Source of the DNA: Eledone cirrhosa
Lineage: Eukaryota
DNA: 64,000 nt
Direction: 5' to 3'
NCBI GenBank assembly: GCA_964016885.1
Contig: OZ024743.1
Coordinates: forward strand, 100,564,001-100,628,000
Shown here: in pieces, positions 38,900 to 51,070 of the stretch
Layout of the letters: each line of letters begins with the position of its first letter
How positions within the stretch are numbered: the stretch's first letter is position 1
Position numbers and translations under genes: made by a program
Notes under the pieces: model-generated
Database searches by the model: none
What the model was told of the DNA's origin: nothing
What the model saw: the letters and a program-made list of their open reading frames with translations, nothing else

Positions 38900-38902
<3 letters not shown>

Positions 38903-40290
38903 TCATCATCATCATCATCACCGTTTTACGTCCGTTCTTCCACGCTAGCATGGGTTAGACGGGTTGTCCTGTTGTGGGCAGTGTCTGGTCGGCTGACCAT
39001 GCCTTGCTCATACAGGAACTGATCTGGCTTGATTTCTACAGCTGGATGCCCTTCCTAACACCAACCTCATTTACAGTGAGTGAGGGGGGCTTTTTCGTGG
39101 TGCCTACACGTCCACTTTACAGTGTGGGCTGGGTGCTTTTTTGCCGTGGCACCTCCACGACCACCTTGCGGTGGGGGGTGTGGGGGCATATTGTCTATAT
39201 GCTTCAGCTTGTACCCATGGGAGGTCGGGTACTCTGTATTACTGCGTGACGCCAGAAGTCACGGTCGTGTGTCATTGTCTTTGAGAGGTGTAATTGGGTA
39301 AGGTCGGCTTTTATCACCTCATCCCAGGTCATCTTGGGTCTCCCCACTCCGCGGTTTCCATCAACTTCTAGTGCTCTGCACCTTTTTATGCAGCTGTCAT
39401 CCTTCATATGCATCACATGTCCATACCAGCGCAACCGCCTCTCCTGCACACAGCATTTGATTCCTCTTATGCTCAGTCTCTCTCTCAGTTGATTTATGCT
39501 TTGTCGTTCACGTATATTACTGTTACACATCCATCGGAGCATGCAAGCTTCGTTTCTCTCTAATCTACGTAAGTCTTCCACCTTCAGCGCCCAGGTCTCA
39601 CTACCATGCAACATCGCTGTTCGGATACACGCATCATACAGTCTGCCTTTCATTCTGAGGGAGAAGCCTTTTGCAGCTAGCAGTGGTAGTAGTTCCCTAA
39701 ACTTCTTCCATCCCGTTCTTACCCTAGTTATTGTACTTTCTGAACACCCACCTCTGCTGCTAATTCGGTCACCTAGGTAGCAGAAGCTGTCTACTGTTTC
39801 TACAGGGCCCTCCCAGAGATTGGTGGTACTTGTTTCCTGTGGCTGTTTGCTGCTTGCTGTCTCAGCACAGCTGCTGCATGTGAATCCTACATTCTTAATT
39901 AAGCTTCCTGAGATCCCGCTACATCTCTTGTGTACCCATTGTTTGCATTTGGGGCAGAGAATGGAGTTCCTACCTACACCTTTCCTACATACTGAGCAAG
40001 GCCATTTCCCTGAGGGGATCTGGGTTCTGTTTTCTCGTCTACTTACAGGACCTTAGTCTTTGTCATGTTGACTTTGAGACCCTTTCTTTCTAGTCCCTGC
40101 TACCAAGTTTGGAATTTATTCTCTAGTTCTACCATAGATTCAGCTATGAGTGCGAGGTCATCAGCATACAGGAGTTCCCATGGGCATCCGGTCTTAAACT
40201 CCTCCGTTATTGCCTGCAGGACTATGATGAACAGGAGAGTGCTAAGAACAGAGCCCTGGTGGACCCCAACCTGTACGCTAAATTCCTCGC
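38900..40290 (-). mobile_element. 5'-truncated RTE LINE with YADD RT core and PHD-like Cys/His insert
   Basis: Minus translation gives GVHQGSVLSTLLFII, LLYADDL, GLKVNMTKTK, WPCSVCRKGVGRNSILCPKCKQWVHKRCSG...FTCSSC and DSFCYLGD, then ORF 39204-39653. It has one stop and one frameshift, a (TGA)n tail and (TA)n flanks. Confidence 0.92.
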
Positions 40291-40959
40291 TATATATATA
40301 TATAAAATACCTTCTCTCTTGTTTCTACACACACAAGACCTGTCCACCAGTACAAATACTGTAGCATTAAAAGTAAATGTGGTGACAGGCTGGAGTCTAT
40401 GATATTAGACAATTGAATAGAGACAATGTAGGGTTTGAGAGGACGCTTCAATATGGCCAAGCATGTGACAGTGTTAGTACCACAATAAAATGCACCTAGT
40501 TCATTCTGTAGAGTGGTAGTGCTGGTGTCATGAAAAATACTCTCAGTACACCCTCTAAGGTGGTTGGTCTTAGGAAGGGTATCTAGCCATAGAAACCATG
40601 CCAAATATAGAATGTAATGAGAAAGATTGGTCTCTGATCCATCTACTCTCAGTTTGTGACAACCCATCCAACTCAAGCCAACATGGAAAGCAAATGTAAA
40701 ATTAATGATGATGATGATCATATATGTGTATTAACAGTAGCACTAACATAGTGTGGTTCATAATAGGGGTCTATATGAAGGTATATATGATATCATCATC
40801 ATCATCATAAACATCACTGTTTAACGTCCATTTTACACACTAGCATGAGTTAGACGAGTTGTCCCATTGTGAGTCAAGTCAGAACAGGTGGCTGTGTCTA
40901 GCTCATACAGAACTGTTTCTGGCTCGTTTCTATGGCTGGATGCTCTTCCTACTGCCAGT

Positions 40960-41290
40960 CACATTTAAAGTGTGGGCTGGGTGCTTTTTATTGTGGTACC
41001 AAAATGACCAACTGACAGGTTGAATTGGGTACTTTTTCATTGAGTCACCAGCACGACCATCTTACAGAGTGGGCCTGGTACTTTTTATCATGTGACCAAC
41101 ACAACCACTTTACAGGGTGGACTGGGTGGGTTTTGTCATGTCACCAACACAACCACCTTACATGGTGGACTGATTGCTTATTTGTTGTGTCACCAACCCA
41201 ACCACCTTTCATGGAGGACTGGGTGCTCTTTTGTTATGTTACCAGCATGAAAAACTTACTTATTGGACTAGGGGCTTTTATAGTGTCACA
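40960..41290. repeat. Degenerate ~48-bp tandem repeat (~7 units) inside an RTE/SINE 3' tail copy
   Basis: ttacag-ggtggactgggtgctttt-like motif recurs at ~40961, 41014, 41062, 41110, 41158, 41207 and 41257. Confidence 0.7.
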
Positions 41291-41701
41291 GCTATCTCAG
41301 TAGCCATGTGAGAATGTCAGACAGATGTTTTGGGATTTTTATCTCTCATCGGAGATATTTATTCTGTACTGAGACAAGAAAAAACACATAGCTTATATGC
41401 TTTTTGCATTTGTAACATTGGCTGGTGATATCATTTACACATAGTGCAAATTTGACAGGCTAAGATTAATTAGCAACTTTGTCAAATGCATCCTTCTCTA
41501 AGCTGCAATATGCATGGAGGAATTGGAACCCAGCATTCCAAGCTCATGGAGTTGACATCACTATTTAGTGGCGGTGGTCACCAATTTAGTGCTGGTTGTT
41601 ATGTGTTTTGTTTTCATGTTGTTGCCTGGTTGATTCATTCATCTGTGGTAGTAGTAGTGATGAAATGTGAAGTTAATGAGTGGGTAGCTGGTTGGTTGAA
41701 T

Positions 41702-41891
41702 AATTGTTTCTACTTTTGGCACAAGGCCAGTAATTACCCAGTACATTACTGGTACTTTATTTTATCGACCCCGTAAGGATGAAAGGCAAAGTTAACCTCG
41801 GCGAGATTTGAACTCAGAATGGCAAGGGCCGTAACTATATACGTCAAAGCATGGCGTCCGACCCTCTACCGACACTGCCAATCCACCGCCC
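41702..41891 (-). mobile_element. SINE family B, full length with target-site duplication
   Basis: tggttggttgaataat occurs at 41689-41704 and 41893-41908, flanking the element. Confidence 0.9.
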
Positions 41892-42811
41892 TTGGTTGGT
41901 TGAATAATGGCAAGTGAAGTTGGTCACAGTGAGTTGAGAGAAGCTATGCCATATTCAAGGAAACAAGAAGTTGTATTTACTTGCTGTGGTGTGAAGTGAT
42001 ATTACCACAAGGAAGATGATTTTCCCATATCACAGGGATAAGCATAAACAAATTAACAAGACACCGCTAATTTTAATGTTTTTATTTGTAACATGATTCA
42101 CTTTGAAATCATGTGCAGCAATGAACAACAGACAAAGAATACATGTATAGTTGTGGTGTGTCATGTTTGCAACTGTAGTAATATCTAACTGACCTGTGTT
42201 GATAAAATTGTCTCAGCTAGTGTCAACCCCAACAAAGTTGGCTAGCGAGAGTGTGAACTGTATGTAACGCTACATCATATAGCTGATGGAACAAACAATC
42301 TCTCTGTTGCTGAGTTGAAAAGAAGACTGGTGTTTTTCCAAAGTGGCACTGTTAGTCCTTCAGCCAGAGAACATTATCTAAGACATGGGGCTCTGTGGTC
42401 GTCAGTATCAAGATAGTTGTGTGTGTGTGGCAGACCAAGAAAAACCATTGTGGGAAAAAATGTGTCAAGATTTCACTACAACTATACATTTAAATACAAG
42501 AGGAACAAGTAAATTTAGGAAAATGTGAATTATTCAGGGACTAAATGATATATGTATGTGTGATCTCATGACAAACATAGATTGTGACATGATTTCAAAT
42601 TCAGGTAAAAAGTCATTTTACTTTTATGTTGCTAATGATTTTGAGGAAGGCCAAAATGTCAAGTGTCTGCTTCCTTTTAGCATTTTCATAACAAGATTTC
42701 TAATTTTCAAAATAATCAATGTTTGAAGGGATTTACTGAAATAATTAACTATATTCACCATTAAGCTAGTGTTTGGAACATATCTTAAAACATAAATAAT
42801 ATTATGGAAGA

Positions 42812-43003
42812 GGGGTGGTGGATTGGCAGTATCGGTAGAGGGTCGGACACCATGCTTTGACGCATAGAGTTACTGCCCTTGCCATTCTGAGTTCAAATCC
42901 CGTCAAGGTTAACATTGCCTTTCATCCTTACGGGGTCGATAAAATGAAGTACCAGTAATGCACTGGGTAATTGCTGGCCTTGTGCCAAAAGTAGAAACAA
43001 TTA
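42812..43003 (+). mobile_element. SINE family B
   Basis: ggtggattggcagtatcggtag...gttcaaatccc...agtagaaacaatt, with tattatggaag repeated on both flanks. Confidence 0.9.
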
Positions 43004-43049
43004 TTATGGAAGTGTTAAATATGAACACTTAAAAACTCTAACACCATCT

Positions 43050-43560
43050 TTTTTACATCCATTTTCTGTTTGCTTGGGTCTTTACAAGCACAACCTCCCT
43101 CCACTTATTGAGTTCCTTTGTCATCTCCTCTGTGAGGTACAGCGTTTTGTGAGCTCTCACTTCTGCCCAGGTCTTTCTTGATCTTCCTCTACTTCATCTT
43201 TATTCCATTGGAAACTCTTAGCACTTCTTAACACAATGATCATCATCATACACACCACATGTCCCTACCAGTGCAGGCTTCTCTCTTGCTCATATTTGAT
43301 TCCTCTTATACCCAGTTTTTTTCTCAGCTTATCTATGCTTTGCTGTTCTTGCACAGATCCAGTGAAGCACACTCACTTCATTTCTTTTCAGCTTTTGTAT
43401 ATACTCTGTATTTACTACCCTCCATGCACATTACACTTTACATGCAGGCATCATACAGTTAGCCTTTCATCCATAGAGAGATCTTTTGTTGCCAACAGAA
43501 GTTGTAGCTTCCTGAATGTTTCCAATCTGTTCATATTCTAGCTATTAGGCTTTCAGAGCA
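43050..43560 (-). mobile_element. Old degenerate RTE LINE 3' fragment
   Basis: Diverged similarity to 18170-18700 (gcaggcatcatacag, cccaggtctttcttg, accacatgtccctacca). Confidence 0.65.
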
Positions 43561-44311
43561 GCTAAAAAGATCAGAGGCCTCAGGAAGTTCATTAACTCTT
43601 TTATTCCCATATTTCTAGTGAAAAAAACCCACTACTAATGATTTTCTAATAATTTTGAAAAGAATGAAAAATTTAGTAAGATTTATTTATATAACTAACT
43701 TTCTCATTATTAAGCTGTTGTTTGAACAAAGGTTTTTGAAATTAAAATGGGGGAGGGGAAAGTCGATTTAATCGACCCAAGCGTATTACTGGCACTTTAT
43801 TTTATAGAGCCCATAAGGATGAAAAGTAAAGCTAACCTCAGCAGGATTTGAACTCAGAATGTAAAGTATGTTGTTTGCTGCTAGGCATGTTGTCTGACGT
43901 TCTACTGATTCTAGATAAATATAAGCACTTTATCAACGAATATGACCTCCAAACCAGTCGGAAACGATTAGATTTGTAGACAAAGGATGGTGAAAGGGGT
44001 GAAGACCATCGAAGTTTCACAGATCTACATACATTGGGTGGGATTTTTCATGGACACCTTAGATACTCTCAATCGACTTTTTTCCCCCGGGATTAGGGTT
44101 AGTGTTTCCATTTCCAGGGGGATGGGGTCGATTGTGAGCATCTAAGAGGTCAGATTAGATGATAGCACACGAACAAAAAATCGTAGAGAAAACTCCAAGG
44201 AAGGGGCAACCTATCCCCTCCGTTTTCCGAGGGGGGGGGTCTATAATTTTACCGAAAATATAATCGCCAAAATACAGGGGTACATTACAAGATTTATTCA
44301 ACTATTATTAG

Positions 44312-44498
44312 ATGGATTGGCAGTATCGGTAGAGGGTCGGACGCCATGCTTTCCAGCATAGTTACGTCCCTTTACGATCTGAGTTCAAATCCCGCCGAGG
44401 TTGACTTTGCCATTCATCCTTACGGGGTCGATAAAATAAAGTACCAGTAATGCACTGGATAATTTGCTGGCCTTGTGCCTAAAGTAGAAACAATTATT
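44312..44498 (+). mobile_element. SINE family B
   Basis: Near-identical to the reverse complement of 57034-57222. Confidence 0.9.
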
Positions 44499-44859
44499 AC
44501 AGATATCTGCATTGTGGCGACAATATTTTGAAAACAAAAATTGAACAAATGAAAGTGAGATTAGAAAATAAGTAGACGAATAAAGAATCGGGCGCAGGGA
44601 TATAAGAGGAAAATATACTTCCGTCCTGGTTTGTTATGTCTGGGAAAATGTAAATAAAGAAAACGGAAGAAATAAAGCAACAAAGAAGGAATAAAATTTA
44701 AATTTCCTGGAGAATAAGAAAGAAAAGAAATTCGAAAAGGAAAAAAAGCAAAGAAAATGTGCGAGAAAGAATATTAAATAGTGGAGGTGATATAATAATT
44801 AAAGATGGACAGGATGAATGAAAGATTTGGTAGTAAAGAGAGATTGGTGTTAAAAGAAA

Positions 44860-45335
44860 AGAGAGAAAGTCGGGGAGTAAAGAGAAGAATGTTAAGAGAG
44901 AGACTAGTAACTAAAAGAGAGTGGTGTTATGATACTGAGAAGTAAAGAGAAAGAGTAATGTTAAGACAGGGTGTAGAAAAGAGAGAGAGAAAGAGTGATG
45001 TTAAGAAGGGGAGTAGTAAATAGAGAGAGTGGTGTTGAGAGAAGATGTAGTAAATAGAGAGAGTGATGTTGAGAGAAGATGTAGTAAATAGAGAGAATCG
45101 TGTTGAGAGAGGATGTAGTAAATAGAGAGAGAGTGGTGTTGAGAGAAGATGTAGTAAAGAGAGAGTGGTGTGAAGTAGTGATATGAAGCTAGAGAGAGTG
45201 GTGTTGAGAGAATGGGTAATAAAAAGAGAGAGTAATATGAACTTAGAGAGAATGATGTTAAGAGAGGGTATAGTAAAAGAGAGAGAGAGAATGATATGAA
45301 AGTAGAGAGAAATGAGATATGACAGAGAGAAGAGG
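44860..45335. repeat. Purine-rich degenerate ~34-bp repeat
   Basis: gagagagtggtgttgagagaagatgtagtaaata-like units. Confidence 0.75.
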
Positions 45336-45446
45336 GAGGAAAAAAGGTCAATGGTAGTTCAAGTAAAGTGAAGTGATATACTAGTATAAGCTGCTTTACC
45401 TAGTGTTTAGAAAGAGAAGTGATATATTAGAATAAGCTGCTGTTAC

Positions 45447-45578
45447 CTTACCCTCACGCCTGTGAGGCACTCTACTTCTAAGTTACCCTCACTCCTGAGA
45501 GGCACTCTACTTCTATCTTACTCTCACTCCTGTGAGGCACTCTACTTCTATCTTACCCTCACTCCTGTGAGGCATTCT
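45447..45578. repeat. 35-bp tandem repeat x4 upstream of DAP1
   Basis: ttaccctcactcctgtgaggcactctacttcta at 45448, 45483, 45518 and 45553. Confidence 0.9.
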
Positions 45579-45725
45579 GCTTTTTTGTACACTTTTAAAC
45601 GAAAAAAAAAGCTCACGTCACACTTTTGGGGAAAAGAAGACACGTTATTACACGACACAACTATAACGATAGGTTGTATTCTTCCTTTATACAACAGTAG
45701 TAAAAACTAACTTTACTTTATAGCC

Positions 45726-45780
45726 ATGTCGTCGTCTGTTGACAACAAGATGGACCTGAAAGCTGGACATCCACCTGCAG
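45726..45780 (+). CDS. DAP1: Death-associated protein 1 (DAP/DAPL1 family), coding exon 1 (MSSSVDNKMDLKAGHPPA)
   Basis: gccATG TCG TCG TCT GTT GAC AAC AAG ATG GAC CTG AAA GCT GGA CAT CCA CCT GCA G|gtaaat. KAGHPPA is the DAP signature (human MSSPPEGKLETKAGHPPAV). The exon is 55 nt, phase 1, with a good Kozak context. Exon 2 (KAGGMR) was not found in the window. Confidence 0.9.
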
Positions 45781-48700
45781 GTAAATAAAGAAATAATAAT
45801 CATTCTGTATTATTATCCCGCCAGAGTCGACTTTGTCTTTCCTGCAATGAAGCACTGAGGCCGATTCCCTCCCCAAAACCTGGCTTTGTGCTAATGCTGG
45901 AATTCATTATTTCGAGAAAAATTGCATGACAAAATATAGAAATGATGTAATTTCATAATTTGTTTACTAAGTAACAAACAGGCAGGGTCGTATTAATTGT
46001 TGGGGGCTTTCAGGTATTTGGAGCCCCTTTTGGCATTTCAAAACTTTCACTCCACTACATAAAATGACCGGTATCCATACTTCTAAACCTTATAAATATT
46101 GCGGCCCTAAATATTGGCTTATTTGTAACAGCCGTAAACTCTCACAGAATGTTATACCAAGTCATGTCATTACGTTTCCTAGAGAAGTAAATAATAATGC
46201 GTCAAATATCTATATTTATGTTTTTAAGTATGAAATTTATATATTTGATGTATTTAATGTTGTAGTTACCCCACGAGATTCTTGATTAGCCGACGAAACA
46301 AATCTTGGAACCTTGCATAAAAGATGTGGTGTGGCTACTACAATTAAATAATACTTATATTTTATTACATATGGTACACTTAAAACATTTCAATATTCAT
46401 ATTTGAAAGATGTTTATTAATTTAATGACGTTCGTGTTAGATCGCCCAAACATAATATTCATAACTAGTTCTTAACTAAACAAGAAATATTAACACATAA
46501 TGTTTTACTTATACCATCCTGTCATAGTTCTCCCAGATGTAGAGCTCAGCTGAAGTCTTTTCACACCATTGTTTTAAAAAAACCAAAAAAAACCTAGTGT
46601 CTCTACACAGTTGCTCAATGTGCTAAAAATAGCAGCCAAATATCCCACAAATCACACCCTGCAATCTTAGAAAAGGACATTGTATAATGTAGTGTTAGAT
46701 ATACTGTATCTGGAAGGCGGGACACTACTAGAACTCTAATGTCTGCTTCTATTAAGGCCGACATGGGGCCAAAATAACTAAAATAATGAATGTGTCGAAT
46801 ATTTTATTTCGGAAATAATTTCTTCCTAAGATTTTATCTATTAAACATAAATTATTTATTCTATTTTTCACACATGACTGACTTCTTGTTTTGTTTTTAA
46901 TGTTGATGCCGTTCCTACATAAAAATACTAATTCATATATCCGCTTTGTTTACTATTTGTTGTTAGATGTAGACAATAGTTGTGGATATGTAGTCAGGCC
47001 TCGTCTGGTCTACTAGACATATGCTCTACAACGTTCCACTTATGACCATCTTATTTTCAGATGTGATAATATCTAGGACTACATTGTTTATCCTTGTTTA
47101 TCGTGATAGTTTGGGCTGCTTTTTTAGCAGATCGATGTTTTGCAAAGCTTTGTGCATTATAGATCATCCATGCATGTCGTGTATGCAGTGATTGGTGTTG
47201 TGAATACGTTTATATGGTGTTTTTAAAATGTCCATGACATTTTAAACTCGAGAAAACCTGCATCCATAGTTTAAAACATATATACCTAACCTAAATGGTT
47301 TTAGATATTTAAGACTAACAACTACATCTATATATGTCCCTCTCTCATCACATGTAACTCAATGTAAACATACTTTATTTAAAAAACAACGCTACAAGCT
47401 TCATCCACTAAATATATCTTTATAATTGATTTGTAATTATATTTATTTTTTATGTTATGTCATATTTGTTGAAGACTTTAAATTCTTTTATTGCTCCTTC
47501 GTATTTATTTATGATTGTTTTGGTTTTCCCTCCATTAATGTAAATAAACAATCGACATCTCTCTCTCCTAGCATGTTAATCTATTTATAGTCTACATCTC
47601 TTTCCATCTTTCTATAACGATGTATTTTTATTTTCTTCATTTATCAGACATATCTATTTTAAATTTGCGTCTTCTGATATATTTTCTGTCTGCATATTAA
47701 GATATTTGCAATATTGCAAGTAAGCCATAAGAAATAAATCAACAACATAACTTTACACAACGTGGTAGCACGTGGCCTTGTATAAATTTACATTAAAGTA
47801 ATGATAGACATAAGGGAGGAGTGTTAAATTGTCCTCAGTATTGACTAGAACTTTATTTTATTACCCCCGAGAAAATGAAAGGCAAAAGTAACATTAGGTT
47901 ATTGTTGAGAGATTTGTTAATGTTATTTTGGCGGGTTAAACGTGGACTATTCTTTCTTTTTTTTTATGTGTTTGTCCTTGGCATATATATTTACTATGAC
48001 CTCCTTTGACATAACTATAGTTTAATGTCCCCCACCATTGTAACAACATATATTTTCAGTGAAATTTTGTAGATTCATTTACGATTATGTTGATGAAATT
48101 GAAATAAAAAAAAAAAAGTGTTATTCTGTCAACTATCGATCTATCCACTTCGAACAGTTCAAAGGTGAGAGATAATTGTTAACAATGTATCTTCAACTCC
48201 TTCCCTTTTTAATGAATGCCAGTATATGCTGGAGGCGTAGGTTTGGTTGTGGTATCCACACTCTACCTAATTACAATCACCTCCAACAAGGCCCACTCCG
48301 ACGCTCATGCTACCACCATTCACTCTTCCTTAACCTCCCACACAGAGACATCATCTATGTGCAACGTAGACACTTTATGACAGATAGATCAGCGCTTATT
48401 CCAAGGAAACATTCAATAATCATACCAATCTAGTCGCCTTCAGTAGCACAATCACTACACATGTCTTAAACTCTCCTCTTTCTCTTGTTCAACTAAACCC
48501 GCAAAGTCACTACAAATTGTAGAGCCTTACACAGCGCGTGACGGTGTCACCTCCTCCCACTTCATATAGTATTCTTAGTAATGTACTTTTTACTAATGTT
48601 GCTTGTCAATTGAAACTCCCTTATATCACTGAAAGTGACTTAACTAATAAATTAGAAATGACACAAATTACAGTGTCATACACAGTCTAAATGTAATTAC

Positions 48701-49093
48701 ATAGTTTCATGTGCTTTATGTGAAAAGTCAGTAACATCACTTTATATGAAAACCACGTTTGACTATTTTAAATAAATAAAATTGAAAATCACAGTTTTCA
48801 CAGCTTTGCCTCAACAATATGGCCCTAGAAGCCATCTTCATTAACTTTACTTTTAAAGTAAATAGATTACTCTAATTATCACTGTTATATGCTAAATTAA
48901 GTTCATTTAATCATGTTTTCTAACAAGGGCACAAAGTCAGAAATTTTGTGGGAGAGGAAAGTTGAATATATCAACCCCAGTAATTGACTGGTACTATATT
49001 TTATTCAACTGAGAATGTAAAAAGCCATAACATAATGCTGCAAGCAGTTTGTCTGACAATCATTCTGCTAATCATCCACCTTAAATTCATTTA

Positions 49094-49283
49094 ATAATTG
49101 TTTCTACTTTTTGGCACAAGGCCAGAAATTGCCCAGTGCATTACTGGTACTTTATTTTATCGACCCCATAAGGATGAAAGGCAAAGTTAACCTCGGCGGG
49201 ATTTGAACTCAGACCGTAAAGGGACGTAACTCTTTGCTGCAAAGCATGGCGTCAGACCCTCTACTGATACTGCCAAACCACCA
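49094..49283 (-). mobile_element. SINE family B
   Basis: Same sequence family as 41702-41891. Confidence 0.85.
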
Positions 49284-49949
49284 ATGATTTCTAATTTAGG
49301 CACATGGTCAGCAATTTTTAGGGAAAGGGGAAAATAATTCAAATCTACCCCAGAAGGATGAAAGGTAAAGTTGATTGACCTCAGCAGGATTTGAACTCAG
49401 AATGCAAAAAGCTGTAACTAAATACTGAAAAGCATTTTGTCTGATGCTGTAATGAGTCTGTACTAAATTCAATAATTATTATATATTCACTGTACTAAAT
49501 TCATATATTAATAAAATTGTTTTGTATGAACAACCAATACTTGAAATGTGTGTCATGAGGTACTCTTCTATGCCCCGTGAAACAGGAATTGTTCACTGTA
49601 GACATACCTAACAGCAGTTGAATTATTTTCTCACCACATGTCTTTACTGACTGCTCCACATTGGGCCAAACAAAGCTACAAATATACACAAGTGCTCCAA
49701 CAGGTAAAATTCTGATCAATTCATACTCAATTGCAAACAGACTGAATTCACTGGATTGGTTATGTTGCTTGCATAAAATATATGTGCATACAAAGGCTAT
49801 TCCACCATGCTTTACAGAGAAGAGAACAGTTGGCATCCAGGAAAAGCACTACCAGAGTAACTTGAAAGTATTATTGACATAGAATCCTGGGAACAGCCTC
49901 TGTGGTCCTCACAAGAGAATTTTACAATAGAGATGGGGAATTGGGCAGC

Positions 49950-50770
49950 AGATAATAATAATGAAAATATTGTGTACAGTGCTCAGGTGCACTACAACTC
50001 ATCAAAAGTGTATGTATAGTACATAGGGTAATGTACAAATGTCAGGAAAATGAACAGTGCATGAGTCATGATATACACATGTGTATGGAAGGGGGACATC
50101 AGGTGTAGTTGTGGCAAATTTCGGGAACCATGAGGGTTTTAAAGGATGCAGTGTCTCTAACAACTGACGCAGGCAGTTTGTTCCATGCTTCAGCAACTCT
50201 GTGTGAAAAAATGTTTCCGAAAGTCATGGGAGCTGTGCTGTTTTCTGACTTTGTAGGCATGACCACGTGTGTTAGACACATGGAGATCAAAAAGGTGCTC
50301 AGGATTGTTGTTGGCGAGATGATTAATAACTTTGTGGGTGTTTACCAAGTCCATTGCCAGACGTCGGAGTTTCAATGAATCCATGCCCAGGGAAGCAAGG
50401 CGTTCAGAGTATGGTAGGTGTCTGATCGAGGGTATGCGCTTGGTTGCACGTCTCTGAAGTTTCCAGGATGTCACTGTTCTGAGCAAGGTTGGGTCTTCCA
50501 GACTGATGATGCGAATTCCAAGTGTGGTCGTACCATAGCTGTATACAGCTTTAAATAGATGGCTGGAGACAGGCTAACAAAGGTCTTGCTGAGTGATGCC
50601 AAGACACCCTCAGCCTTCTTGACAATTTTAGAGATGTGCTTTGTCCAACACAAATCGCTGCTAACAGTAATGTTGCCAGTCTGTGATCCATTGCTGCATT
50701 GTGTCCAGGTCTGATTGTAGGAAAGCGTTATAGATTTCAGGATCTATCCTTTTGATTTCAAGGTACATTT
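49950..50770 (-). mobile_element. CR1-clade LINE 3' fragment
   Basis: LYTAMVRPHLEFASSVW, LQRRATKRIP..LPYSERL..LGMDSLKLRR, TRGHAYK and HRVAEAWNKLP, with an (ATT)n-like tail near 49955. Confidence 0.88.
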
Positions 50771-50910
50771 GGTATCACCCAGTGCAGTCTTCACCCATTA
50801 GTGACACAACTGGCCTTTCACAACATAGCAACAACAGACTCATTTGGTATCACCCAATGCAGTCTTCACCCATTAGTGACATAACTGGCCTTTCACAACA
50901 TAGCAACAAC
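50766..50910. repeat. 75-bp direct duplication
   Basis: catttggtatcaccca...catagcaacaac at 50766 and 50841. Confidence 0.9.
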
Positions 50911-50939
50911 TGGGTTACAAAGAAGTAATCTTTCATTTT

Positions 50940-51070
50940 AGGAACAGAAAATATGTCAGTTCTGAAAAGTTGCTAACCCTCTACAAAGCTCAAGTGAGAC
51001 CCTGAATGGAATACTGCTCCCACATTTATGATGGTGCTGCTGCTAGGTATACAAACTTCTGAGATCACAT
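50940..51070 (+). mobile_element. Short CR1/Zenon-like RT C-terminal fragment
   Basis: Translates LLTLYKAQVRP*MEYCSHIYDGAA. Confidence 0.6.

Noticed and set aside
46266-46312. Hammerhead-like gagatt-cttgatta-gccgac-gaaac-aaatct
   Set aside because: The core deviates, stem II does not pair and there is no cleavage triplet.
49501-49836. 111-aa minus-strand ORF with an internal GTATGT donor-like site
   Set aside because: No recognisable domain and no partner exons.
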